Shown here: piece after piece, positions 9,601 to 18,766 of the stretch
Layout of the letters: every line of letters starts with the position of its first letter
How positions within the stretch are numbered: the stretch's first letter is position 1
Assembly: GCA_041661305.1 (NCBI GenBank)
Contig: JBAZUR010000001.1
Span: 234,101 to 298,100, forward strand
Direction: 5' to 3'
DNA: 64,000 bases
From: Minisyncoccota bacterium
Lineage (GTDB): Bacteria > Patescibacteriota > Minisyncoccia > Phycocordibacterales > VMEP01
The notes under the pieces: model-generated
What the model saw: the letters and a program-made list of their open reading frames with translations, nothing else
Database searches by the model: none
What the model was told of the DNA's origin: nothing
Position numbers and translations under genes: made by a program

Positions 9601-10656
9601 CTATTCGTCTTCTCGGTCGGGTCCTTCCAATATTGGAATTTCGAGTCCTGGGCTCATTCCAGTAATACGTAAAACATCCTTGTCTACCTTCTTCAATTCC
9701 CTTCCAGAAGAATTGTAATGATTGGTCACTGTTTTCAATGAATTCCCAAGCTTGCTGTGATATTCTTCGTACCCTTTTAAATGCTTTCCAAGCTCCTCCA
9801 CCCTCCTTACAATATCTTTTGCGGTCTCTTCAATCTGCATTGCTTTAAGCCCCTGAAGGACTGTTTGTAAGTATGCGAGGAATGATGTTGGAGAAACAAT
9901 AATGACGTGATACTTCCCTGCCGCGCGTTGTATCAAATTCTCTTCGTTCTCTTTTATTGAACCAACCTTATTCACCAAAAGATCATAATAAATCGCTTCG
10001 TGTGGGATAAACATAAAAGCGAAGTCCATCGTTCCCTCGTTCGGGCGAATATATTTTGCCGTTTCAGAAATACGTAATTTCAAATCGTTTAAGAACAGCT
10101 TTGCTAGACGCTCACGCTCCGCTGGATTTTTTTCGTCAATAACACGATTATAATTTTCAAGAGAAAACTTCGAGTCAACAGGAATTATTTTATCTTTTAC
10201 AAAAACAACTGCGTCAACAATTTCTCCGTCTCCAAATGCGTACTGCATTTGATAATCATTAGGAGCCATTACGTTCTTGAGTAATGTTTCCAAATAGTAT
10301 TCCCCCAAAACACCTCTTTGTTTTGGATTCTTCAAAATATCCTGCAATCCTTGAAGCTGATCTGTGACGGAAATAACCTGCTTGTTCGTTTCATCAAGAC
10401 GAGTCAACTTCTCGGTAATATCGCGAATTAAACTCTGCGATTCCACAAATTGATGCCTAACAGCTTCCTGCATATCTTTATTAGACGCGCCAAGCTTGTC
10501 ATCCATCGTCTTCGCCAAAGTCGCGAGTTGGTTTTGAATAAGTAAAAGACTATCAGTTTCAACTGCTGGTTTCCCCTGTTTTGCTGTGATTATCCAAACA
10601 ACAAAAGCTCCGATAAAAACACCAATGACTACAAAAATAATAGTTCCAACTTCCAT
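9601..10656 (-). CDS. rmuC: DNA recombination protein RmuC
   Basis: N-terminal TM, coiled coil, NPKQRGVLGE, PVDSKF, TMDFAFMFIPHE, VSPTS. Confidence 0.9.
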   Translation of the reverse strand: MEVGTIIFVVIGVFIGAFVVWIITAKQGKPAVETDSLLLIQNQLATLAKTMDDKLGASNKDMQEAVRHQFVESQSLIRDITEKLTRLDETNKQVISVTDQLQGLQDILKNPKQRGVLGEYYLETLLKNVMAPNDYQMQYAFGDGEIVDAVVFVKDKIIPVDSKFSLENYNRVIDEKNPAERERLAKLFLNDLKLRISETAKYIRPNEGTMDFAFMFIPHEAIYYDLLVNKVGSIKENEENLIQRAAGKYHVIIVSPTSFLAYLQTVLQGLKAMQIEETAKDIVRRVEELGKHLKGYEEYHSKLGNSLKTVTNHYNSSGRELKKVDKDVLRITGMSPGLEIPILEGPDREDE

Positions 10657-10666
10657 GAGAAATATT

Positions 10667-11452
10667 TTACCACAACGAAGCTGTTCCCCCTCCTTTTTTC
10701 TTTGGCATCACTTCGGAAACGGCTTCACGATACAAGCAATAATCACAATCTTCAGATTCTTTTGGTGGTTCATCAAGAAGTAAACATTTCTTCGCCCCAA
10801 TTAGAGCTTCCTCAATCCACTCATCCGAACCTTTGTAAGGAATGACTTTCACATTAAATTCAAGCTTGGCGTCAAAAGCTTCTTTATCTGAGATGCCGTT
10901 GCAGTAGACGAAATACCCCACGTTTGAAACAATATGATCATTTTGGCGTAGAAGCCACTGATACACCTCCATTTGTCGCTTATATCCATCTTGCCATTCA
11001 GCATCAAGAGACACTTCCCCTTCTTTACTTGTCGCTTTGTAGTCAACAACCATTATCTCGCCGGACGGCGCTTCCCAAATATCATCCACCGCACCAGTCA
11101 CGACGAAATTTGTTTTCTTGTGTAAATATCGCACCCCGACAAAGTTGTTTCGCCAATCCTCTAAATTATCGTGCTTGAAAGGGACAGCGTCGATTTTGTA
11201 ATTTGTCATCAAAGGATGAGCTATTCCTTTGGCGCGATAAATATCAAACTCTTTTTTAAGAAGCTTATCTACGGCAGAGTTTAGAGAAAAAGGAAAACCT
11301 GGTGGCCTCCCTACCCCGAGTCTTCGGTCTAAATAAAAGCATCTTGGACACTCTAAAAATAAATCAATTTTTGAACGCGAGAGCGCAAATGGTTCGGCGC
11401 TATCAGGACTAAATTTATTCTTGGTTCGGCGCGGATTGTAATATTGGGACAT
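10667..11452 (-). CDS. Solo PD-(D/E)XK nuclease (Cas4/RecB-like)
   Basis: LSRSKIDLFLECPRCFY; GAVDDI; VVDYKAT; QMEVY; CDYC. Confidence 0.85.
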   Translation of the reverse strand: MSQYYNPRRTKNKFSPDSAEPFALSRSKIDLFLECPRCFYLDRRLGVGRPPGFPFSLNSAVDKLLKKEFDIYRAKGIAHPLMTNYKIDAVPFKHDNLEDWRNNFVGVRYLHKKTNFVVTGAVDDIWEAPSGEIMVVDYKATSKEGEVSLDAEWQDGYKRQMEVYQWLLRQNDHIVSNVGYFVYCNGISDKEAFDAKLEFNVKVIPYKGSDEWIEEALIGAKKCLLLDEPPKESEDCDYCLYREAVSEVMPKKKGGGTASLW

Positions 11453-11504
11453 ATCTGTGGTTTTTAATTTCTACTATTGTATACTTAAATCCACTTATAC
11501 AAAA

Positions 11505-11963
11505 ATGACACTTTACGAACAACTCAAAGGAGAACTAATAACAGCAATGAAGGCGAAGGATGAGGTCGCGCTAAACACTGTCCGCGGAATACTTTCTGCT
11601 TGCACAAACGAACTCGTTGCAACAAAGCGTACCCCACACGACACTTTAACCGACGAAGAAATTACGGCTGTTATAAAACGCGCCGTTAAGCAACGAAAGG
11701 ACTCTGTCGAGCAATACATGAAAGGCAACCGCGCTGATCTTGCTCAAGTTGAAGTAGCAGAGATTTCTCTTCTTGAAAAATACCTCCCAGAAACAATGGG
11801 TCGTGATGATATTGCTCGTGTTGTTAAAGCAAAGATTGCTGACCTTGGCGGTATCGTCGACAAATCTAAAAAAGGAATGCTAATGGGAATGGTGATGAAC
11901 GAACTAAAAGGTGTTGCTGATGGAAACGATGTTAAGGATGTAATTGACGAGCTTCTAGTCTAG
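11505..11963 (+). CDS. GatB/YqeY domain protein
   Basis: LITAMKAKD...KQRKDSVEQY..GNRADLA..E...LEKYLP; start re-set to MTLYEQ. Confidence 0.9.
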   Translation: MTLYEQLKGELITAMKAKDEVALNTVRGILSACTNELVATKRTPHDTLTDEEITAVIKRAVKQRKDSVEQYMKGNRADLAQVEVAEISLLEKYLPETMGRDDIARVVKAKIADLGGIVDKSKKGMLMGMVMNELKGVADGNDVKDVIDELLV

Positions 11964-11988
11964 TTTTCTTTTTGTTTCTAGTGTTGCC

Positions 11989-12020
11989 TGCCCCGTACTA
12001 AGCTTTGCTCTAGTACGGGC
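11989..12020. repeat. REP-like palindrome/hairpin
   Basis: CCCGTACTA-AGCTTTGCTC-TAGTACGGG, abutting the -35 of the next gene; no U-tail. Confidence 0.5.
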
Positions 12021-12078
12021 TTGACATATCCCTCTTTTCTGGTATGATATCAGGAGGTTACTTCATGGAGGATTTGTC

Positions 12079-12342
12079 ATGGCGACCGAGCCGTTTCACC
12101 AGAAGCTTGCCGAGCAAATTTTTTCGAAAATGACTGCGGATCACGTAACGTCGTTTGACGAAAACGTCTTCTACAAAGACCTTTACCGTCTTTTGCAACG
12201 AAACAACGCATTCGACGGAAAGGGTTACCACGGGCGAAAAATCAAACCGCTCGTGATGAAGATGTACGAAGGATACAAGGTTCCTCTCAAAGCGCCGACT
12301 GAAGCGCCCGTGCAAGAGAGCCTCGACCTCTTCGCTACGTAA
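12079..12342 (+). CDS. Orphan 87-aa protein (SD-led cassette)
   Basis: TTGACA(12021)-16-TATGAT promoter, GGAGGA SD, terminator GCGCCCCA-TCA-TGGGGCGC followed by TAT7. Confidence 0.7.
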   Translation: MATEPFHQKLAEQIFSKMTADHVTSFDENVFYKDLYRLLQRNNAFDGKGYHGRKIKPLVMKMYEGYKVPLKAPTEAPVQESLDLFAT

Positions 12343-12413
12343 TTCCGCTCGCGTAGCAAACCGCGCCCCATCATGGGGCGCTATTTTTTTGCCTAATATA
12401 TTTAAGAACATAA

Positions 12414-12465
12414 TCAACACATACACTATAATCTTGCTATAGCAAGATTATAGTGTATGTGTTGA
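12414..12465. repeat. Perfect 52-bp palindrome
   Basis: TCAACACATACACTATAATCTTGCTA|TAGCAAGATTATAGTGTATGTGTTGA, no spacer. Confidence 0.95.
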
Positions 12466-12539
12466 ACCAAGTTTTTTGCCTAAATATTAAAAACAAGGCC
12501 ACCCGATATGGGTGGCAAATTCAAAACGTTGTTCGTGAT

Positions 12540-12695
12540 CTATTTCCAGCTCTCAAAGGAGTCGGTTTCGACCATCATGGGTACTTGATCCGGCTCAACT
12601 TCGGTCAGAGCCAGCGTGTCTTCTTCGAGAAGGTCGGCGATGAACTCCTCAACTGCCTGGGCAAAATTACCCCAGAGATTCTTCAAAAACTTCAT
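12540..12695 (-). CDS. Orphan 51-aa acidic protein (SD-led cassette; start MKFLKNLW)
   Basis: GGGGGAGGAAACAGCC-ATG; extended -10 TGgTATTAT; terminator GCCACCC/GGGTGGC near 12500. Confidence 0.6.
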   Translation of the reverse strand: MKFLKNLWGNFAQAVEEFIADLLEEDTLALTEVEPDQVPMMVETDSFESWK

Positions 12696-12825
12696 GGCTG
12701 TTTCCTCCCCCGATAAGTTGAACAAAACTACCTCATTTATAATACCACGAGAGTTGAGGGATGGGAAGAGTGGAAAAATGCGCATCAAACCCCAACACCC
12801 CAAAGCTCTATGATATAATTTTTTT

Positions 12826-13245
12826 ATGTTACAAGACGACATTTTAAGTATTAAGTGGGCAAAACGTGGAGTAGTTGGTTCCATCATGCTAACTCTCATT
12901 ATTACCGCCCTAGAGTTTCCCCCACCAATTGGGTTTGAAACAAGACCTCAAGATAACGTCTCTCTTCTTTGGTTAGCGTATTTTTTTATAATTTTAATTG
13001 CTGAAATATCTGCGATACCTCTAATTTACAAAAGACCAATGCTTGGTGCGTATCTTGCAATAACCTCAGCAGTTTTAAATATTCTTTTTGTAATCGCCGA
13101 CCAGCTTCATCTACTACAGCCGGAAGTAGCAACTCCGCTCTATTCAATAATCGAGGGTGTTGGCGCGATTGTTTCAATGGCTCTTATATATTTTGCGTGG
13201 AAAGTACTTCAATTCAATTCCGAAGTTAATAATTTAATCAAATAA
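12826..13245 (+). CDS. Hypothetical 4-TM membrane protein
   Basis: Four hydrophobic segments; TGaTATAAT promoter just upstream of ATG. Confidence 0.7.
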   Translation: MLQDDILSIKWAKRGVVGSIMLTLIITALEFPPPIGFETRPQDNVSLLWLAYFFIILIAEISAIPLIYKRPMLGAYLAITSAVLNILFVIADQLHLLQPEVATPLYSIIEGVGAIVSMALIYFAWKVLQFNSEVNNLIK

Positions 13246-13249
13246 TATT

Positions 13250-13618
13250 ATGGAAATTACAATATTTTTAGCAAAATTCTGGGGTAGTCTTTTTATGGTT
13301 CTTGGTGGATTATCTATTGGAGCAAAGTTTTTAGGAAGAGTCATTGAATATACCGAGGATAAATCTGTAACAATATCTACTGGGTATATTACTTTTTTAC
13401 TTGGCTTAGCTACTGTTGTTGCACATAGCGTCTGGGTTAATGATTGGAGGCTCGTCATTACTCTTTTGGGTTGGACTACCCTACTTAAAGGAGTTATGAA
13501 AATCGGATTTCCGGAACATATCAATAAAAAAGCTCAGATGTTTAGGGGCCAGTCAGCCCTCTGGGGTGCTGTTATATTTATTTTTGGAACTTGGCTGTTT
13601 TGGATGGGGGTTAATTAA
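13250..13618 (+). CDS. Hypothetical 4-TM membrane protein
   Basis: Hydrophobic; H.VW..DWR.VITLLGW..LLKG pattern. Confidence 0.75.
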   Translation: MEITIFLAKFWGSLFMVLGGLSIGAKFLGRVIEYTEDKSVTISTGYITFLLGLATVVAHSVWVNDWRLVITLLGWTTLLKGVMKIGFPEHINKKAQMFRGQSALWGAVIFIFGTWLFWMGVN

Positions 13619-13697
13619 GAGAAGTGGTCACGCATAATTTTCTAAGGCTTTGCAAATTTTAATGGTCACAAGTCACTAAGTTTTTTGTAGCTAACCA

Positions 13698-13856
13698 CTA
13701 CAGAGAACCGCGAGTACGCTTCGGTCACGGATAAATTTTTGCTAAAATTTTCCGCTACCCCGACTCGCGCCGTCACGCTCCGTCTTTCGATTCTCTGACG
13801 CGAGTAAAGTGATTTACTCGCTTAGGGTCGCAAAAATTGGGCTTTGCTAATTTTTG
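13698..13856 (-). repeat. Structured repeat, type B, attached to tRNA-Glu 3' end
   Basis: Antisense copy of tRNA 3' end, core GAAAGACGGAGCGTGACGGCGCGAGTCGGGG..AGCA hairpin..ATCCGTGACC, then direct copy TTCTCTGTAG. Confidence 0.8.
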
Positions 13857-13928
13857 CGACCCTACAGAGAATCGAACTCTGATTCCCGCCTTGAGAAGGC
13901 GGTGTCCTAACCGTTAGACGATAGGGCC
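13857..13928 (-). tRNA. tRNA-Glu (CTC), CCA not encoded
   Basis: GGCCCTA..TAGGGTC acceptor; CCGCC-TTCTCAA-GGCGG anticodon arm; GTTCGATTC T-loop. Confidence 0.95.
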
Positions 13929-14034
13929 TCTTTAAAACAAAATACCAAAAAATCATAGCAATTTAAGAGGAAATTTACAATTCAAAAATGATGAAGCCCG
14001 CATTCCTGCGGGCTTTGGTCTGAGGTGAGTTGGC

Positions 14035-14232
14035 CTAGCGGGGAAAGATGATTTCCCAGATATCCCTGTAGGTTGTGGCAATCTTTTCGTTGATCCCCAG
14101 CAGATCGCCATAAATACAGGCAATTGCTATGACCACGATGATCGCGACAATGACCAGCGTTATTTCACCACTCCTGACATCCTGAAAGCGCTTGACGGCT
14201 TCCTCTCCAGGATACAAGTCATTTCCTCCCAT
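14035..14232 (-). CDS. Orphan 65-aa single-TM protein (SD-led cassette)
   Basis: AAGGAGGAATC-ATG; TTGACA-18-TAGAGT promoter near 14305-14336; terminator AAGCCCGCA-GGAA-TGCGGGCTT. Confidence 0.6.
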   Translation of the reverse strand: MGGNDLYPGEEAVKRFQDVRSGEITLVIVAIIVVIAIACIYGDLLGINEKIATTYRDIWEIIFPR

Positions 14233-14357
14233 GATTCCTCCTTCGATGTCGTTATATCCACCACCTAGGCCCATCCCAAGTAGCTATGTACCATTTGCTT
14301 CCGCTACTCTACGACATTAAATACATGATTGTCAACGCTTTCAAATGAGGGCTACTT

Positions 14358-15668
14358 TTAACGGAAGCTCCACTCCTCCTCCTGTCTCACAAGAAGTTCT
14401 TTTCTTTTCTCAGGCTCCGCCATCACTTCAAGCACCGCTTTTTCCATTCGCACTCCTTGTGAACCTTTAACGAGCGCTATATCCCCTGCTTTAATTTTTT
14501 GTTCCAAAAATTTACCCGCTTCCACTGAATTCTCAAATTGAAAAATCTTTTTCTCAGAGAGCCCCGCAATGAGAGCTCCTTCGGCGATATGTCTTGCACG
14601 AATACCGACAGTAATGACCATGTTGCAAATTTTACCCGCAATTTCACCCATTCGACGATGTTCATCACTAGCGTGTTTACCAAGCTCAAGCATTTCCCCG
14701 AGCACTGCAATTTTTCGTCCGTCGCACTTCATTTTTGAAAGCGTGTCGAGAGCAGACTCCATTGCGACCGGAGAAGCGTTATATGTGTCATCGATGATAA
14801 TACTTTCCTTCACCCCTTTAATTAATTTCATTCGTCCTGGCGCCATTTCATACGTATGAAGCGCTTCTGCTGCGCGAACCATATTGAGTTCACACACATC
14901 AGCGACGGCAAGTGCGGCGAGTGCTGCATAGATATGATTCATTCCAAATCCGCCAGCCAAGTGCACGGGGATACTTGCTCGTTTTGAGTCGACACGGAAA
15001 GTTATGCCCAAGGGATATTTATCGCCATCATCTTTTTGGTATTCAATATTTTCATACGAAGCAACGAGTGTGGCATCTTTGTTAAATCCATAGCTTTCAG
15101 TTCGAGCTTTTGTTTTTTCCTTGAGAGACATTACGTCTTCATCATCTCCGTTTAAAATAAGAGTCCCGCCTGGCGATACTTCTTGAGCAAGCTCTCCTTT
15201 TTCTGCCTTTATTGCTTCTGGCGACTCAAAAAACTCCACATGAGCCGGAACTTTGCTTAAGCGCGTGATGATAGCGATATCTGGCTTAATCCATGATGCT
15301 GTTTTTTTAATATCACCTGGTCTATCGGCGCCAACCTCAAGAACAAGCCACTCAGGGTATGGCTTCCTTTGAATCAAAAGAGAAAGTCCATCAAGAAAAT
15401 TTTTTAGCCACATAAGTGGGTTGTTCCACGCATTAGGGCAACCAATAACAGTGAGTGGTACTCCGATTTCGCTATTAAAACTTTTCTCACTTTTTCGTGT
15501 TGTATAAAAATGCGACAACACGGCATAAATAGCATCCTTCGCAGAAGTTTTGCCGACAGTGCCTGTAATAGCCACAACTTTCGGTTTGTATTTCTTTAAA
15601 ATAAGTCGCGCTTCTAATGTAAGAATCGCGACTATTATTTTTTTTAGGATTGTTTTTAGAAACTGCAT
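14358..15668 (-). CDS. murF: UDP-MurNAc-tripeptide--D-Ala-D-Ala ligase
   Basis: AITGTVGKTS, NSEIGVP, DDTYNASP, LGEMLELG, VKGSQG. Confidence 0.92.
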   Translation of the reverse strand: MQFLKTILKKIIVAILTLEARLILKKYKPKVVAITGTVGKTSAKDAIYAVLSHFYTTRKSEKSFNSEIGVPLTVIGCPNAWNNPLMWLKNFLDGLSLLIQRKPYPEWLVLEVGADRPGDIKKTASWIKPDIAIITRLSKVPAHVEFFESPEAIKAEKGELAQEVSPGGTLILNGDDEDVMSLKEKTKARTESYGFNKDATLVASYENIEYQKDDGDKYPLGITFRVDSKRASIPVHLAGGFGMNHIYAALAALAVADVCELNMVRAAEALHTYEMAPGRMKLIKGVKESIIIDDTYNASPVAMESALDTLSKMKCDGRKIAVLGEMLELGKHASDEHRRMGEIAGKICNMVITVGIRARHIAEGALIAGLSEKKIFQFENSVEAGKFLEQKIKAGDIALVKGSQGVRMEKAVLEVMAEPEKRKELLVRQEEEWSFR

Positions 15669-15683
15669 AAAGTATGTATTTTC

Positions 15684-17405
15684 CTACCTATCGGGAGGAA
15701 CTTCATAATAACTCAGTAAAAACTTGGTAATATCTATAAATGGGTAGGTTAAGGTATGTGATGCGTACTTCTCCCCTTTCGGAAATTTCGTATAAATAAA
15801 TATCAAAAACTTTGGGTTATACGCCGGGAAATATCCAAAAAACGAATGTAGATACCTATCCTCATAGTAACCTTTGCCGTTCGGGAGTGCAATTTGTGCC
15901 GTACCTGTTTTTGCAGCGATACTATAATGTTGCATTTTTACAGCCCCACCCAAGAGAGCTTTGTCGACAACCTCAACCAGCATTCTAGTTATTTCTTCTG
16001 ATGTCTCTTTTTTAAGAACTTGAGCTCCTTTTGGAGTTTCAATCACCTTGTTTAATCCTCCTTTGTAATCAATTTCGGAAACTAAATGCGGAGTAATAAT
16101 AAAACCCCCATTTCCCAAAACTGCGAGAGCTCGCACCATGCTAATTGGGGTCAGAGCAATTCCTTGCCCATACGAAGCATTCACAAACTCAATATCACGA
16201 TTGGTATTTAGGTTTGAAATAAGATTTCTTCCTTCGTTTGGTAAATCGATTCCCGTTCTCTCTGCTAAGCCAAAAGCTAAGAAATATTTTTTGAAATCTT
16301 CTTTTCCAACCTTTTGCATTGCATAGGCCGCGCCAGTATTGAGTGATTCATCAAGCACATTTTGCATCGTGGTAACACCTCGTCCGCGCTTGTCATAATT
16401 GTAAATCGTGTAGCCATTGAACGTGAGAGAGCCTGTGTCGTTGTATGTTGTTTTGGCTGTGACAACGCCCTTATCAAGAGCTACCGCCATCGTAAGAGGC
16501 TTTACTATCGAACCCATTTCGTAGACGTTTTCCACTAAAGGGTTAGAAAATATTCCCGCATTTTCCACGTCTTGGAATTTATTTAAATCAAAACTAGGGG
16601 TTATAACAATTGCATAGATACTGCCGTCATTTGGATTGATAACAATCGCCCCTGTTTCTTCTGAATCATACTTTTTGTTAATTTCCTTAGCAACTTTTTC
16701 TACATAGCTTTGTACAGAAGGGTCCATTGTTAAAACCAAATCACCTTCTTTGTCTAAAACATCGCTAGACAAATTACTCCTCAAGCTTGAAAAAACTTCT
16801 GCAAAAAAATTAACATAAAGACCATTTTTACCCCGTTCAAGAATGCCGTCATATTGTCGTTCAAGCCCATAGCGACCACCAATAACATCCCCTTTGTAAG
16901 CGGTAAAACCGATTGTCTGAGCTGCCATTTCTCCAGCTGGGTAAAACCTCCACTTTTCTTTATAAGCAGAAACTCCGGGGGCTTTTAGCGCTGTTATTGC
17001 GTCGACACTTTCTCTTGAAACCCTATGTGCTATTTCCTCATACGGGTCTTTTTCTTTTGTCGCCTTTTTAATAAAAGTATCGTGCTCTAGCTCTGGTATA
17101 TATTTTTTTAAATTCAAATATAACTCCTCTGCATTTGTTATTTTTTGAGGATTAACTGCAACGATATACCCAGATTTTAGTCCAGCAGCAGAAATTAATT
17201 TTCCATCAATCTCCTTAAAAAAAATCGAGCCACGATCAAAAATCGAGCCACGTGGTGTTGCATATTGGCGGTCTGCTATCTCGCTATAATAAGAACCGTT
17301 AACAACCTGAACAAAGAAAAGCCTGAGGATGATGAATCCCACGGCAAAGACTAAAAGGGATGAAATTAACCTAATTCTACTAGTGTGATTAATATGATGA
17401 GCCAT
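15684..17405 (-). CDS. ftsI: Class B penicillin-binding protein (FtsI/PBP3-like)
   Basis: RGSIF, GSIVK (SxxK), SLN, KTGTAQ; located in dcw cluster. Confidence 0.85.
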   Translation of the reverse strand: MAHHINHTSRIRLISSLLVFAVGFIILRLFFVQVVNGSYYSEIADRQYATPRGSIFDRGSIFFKEIDGKLISAAGLKSGYIVAVNPQKITNAEELYLNLKKYIPELEHDTFIKKATKEKDPYEEIAHRVSRESVDAITALKAPGVSAYKEKWRFYPAGEMAAQTIGFTAYKGDVIGGRYGLERQYDGILERGKNGLYVNFFAEVFSSLRSNLSSDVLDKEGDLVLTMDPSVQSYVEKVAKEINKKYDSEETGAIVINPNDGSIYAIVITPSFDLNKFQDVENAGIFSNPLVENVYEMGSIVKPLTMAVALDKGVVTAKTTYNDTGSLTFNGYTIYNYDKRGRGVTTMQNVLDESLNTGAAYAMQKVGKEDFKKYFLAFGLAERTGIDLPNEGRNLISNLNTNRDIEFVNASYGQGIALTPISMVRALAVLGNGGFIITPHLVSEIDYKGGLNKVIETPKGAQVLKKETSEEITRMLVEVVDKALLGGAVKMQHYSIAAKTGTAQIALPNGKGYYEDRYLHSFFGYFPAYNPKFLIFIYTKFPKGEKYASHTLTYPFIDITKFLLSYYEVPPDR

Positions 17406-17742
17406 CTCTCAATGTTAGACCCTTTGCAACAGTGTTTTCTGAGACGAAAACAGCATTATTTGCTTCTTGGTAGCCCAAGGAGCGTGCTAAATCAAGAGAA
17501 ATAGAGTTGCCTGATGCAAGGTATTCAAGCTCAATCTCACTTAAAGATGATTTAACTATTCTAAGTTCGTTTTCCACATTTGCTCTTCCTGCAACATTAA
17601 AAATTGTACTAGCAACTAAGTAGAAATAAAATGCCATCGTAATACCCAAGACACCGAGAGCTATGTGCATTGTTGCGCCTGAAACCTCGCCCCAAGCTAT
17701 TACCGAACTTCTTGTATTTAATTTTGAAATATTTTTTTTCAT
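17389..17742 (-). CDS. FtsL-like bitopic protein
   Basis: TM plus coiled coil ending in ARSLGY; lies between rsmH and ftsI. Confidence 0.6.
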   Translation of the reverse strand: MKKNISKLNTRSSVIAWGEVSGATMHIALGVLGITMAFYFYLVASTIFNVAGRANVENELRIVKSSLSEIELEYLASGNSISLDLARSLGYQEANNAVFVSENTVAKGLTLRDGSSY

Positions 17743-17758
17743 AAAGAACTTTTTGAAC

Positions 17759-18727
17759 TTAAATTTTTTCGAGGATTCTCAATTTGGCACTGCGGGCTCT
17801 TGGATTTTCTTTTGTCTCTTCGTCAGTCGCAATCAATGGTCTTTTTGTAATAATTTTTGCGACACCTTCTTTTGCTTTCTCTTGAAAATATCTCTTCACG
17901 ATTCTGTCTTCGATACTATGAAATGAGATGACGGCCATTCTTCCACTTGCGTTGAGAGCCTCAAATGCCTTTGGTAGCGCATCGTTTAAGGCTCCTACCT
18001 CATCATTCACCGCCATTCGAATTCCCTGAAAAGTACGTGTTGCCGGATGAATCTTTTGTTTCTTTCTTGCGCCGTAAGGAATCGCTTGCTCAATGATTGT
18101 GGAAAGTTCGGTAGTGCTTGTGATTGGACGTGCTTCCCTGTTTTCGATAATCGCTTTGGCAATTCGTCTGGCAAATTTTTCTTCACCGTATGACGAGATG
18201 ATTAGCGTTAGTGTCTCTTCACTCCAACTATTCACTACATCAAGCGCCGTAACCTCTTCTGGTTTTGGCTCTTCGGCAAATGTCATCACTAGTGGTTCAT
18301 CTTGCCTAAAACTGAATCCTCTTCCCGATATTTCTATCTGAGGAGAACTTAGCCCAAGATCAAACAACACTGCATCGATTTTTTCCACGTTCGCATCTTT
18401 CAGTACTAAGTCGAGATTTCGAAAGTTTGTATTAAAAAATTTTATCTCGCCCTTAAAACCAAAATCAGAAAGTGTTGCTTTTGCGCGCGTGATTGCGGCA
18501 CTATCAGCATCAATGCCAATTAGTGTGCCCTTTGCTCCAATCTTTTCTGCAATTGCTTTCGTGTGACCACCAACACCAAGTGTTGCGTCAAGTGCGACAG
18601 CTCCTGCTTTTAGACTGAGACCTTCTATTGCTTCTTGTAAAAGAACTGATACATGTGAGCCCTTAGCTTCGCCCTCTTTTAGCTTATTAGGTTCAGATGG
18701 AGCACCTTTTAATATTTTCTTTTCCAT
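17759..18727 (-). CDS. rsmH: 16S rRNA m4C1402 methyltransferase
   Basis: HVSVLL, DATLGVGGH, DLGLSS, HPATRTFQ, NPRARSAKLR. Confidence 0.96.
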   Translation of the reverse strand: MEKKILKGAPSEPNKLKEGEAKGSHVSVLLQEAIEGLSLKAGAVALDATLGVGGHTKAIAEKIGAKGTLIGIDADSAAITRAKATLSDFGFKGEIKFFNTNFRNLDLVLKDANVEKIDAVLFDLGLSSPQIEISGRGFSFRQDEPLVMTFAEEPKPEEVTALDVVNSWSEETLTLIISSYGEEKFARRIAKAIIENREARPITSTTELSTIIEQAIPYGARKKQKIHPATRTFQGIRMAVNDEVGALNDALPKAFEALNASGRMAVISFHSIEDRIVKRYFQEKAKEGVAKIITKRPLIATDEETKENPRARSAKLRILEKI

Positions 18728-18766
18728 GTTTTCCTAATCAGCTAACAGCTAGTTCCTAACAAGCTG

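Noticed and set aside
13698-13928. Intron-containing or split tRNA
   Set aside because: Both tRNAs are complete 72-nt cloverleafs; the extra elements lie outside them and show no group I/II core motifs I can recognise
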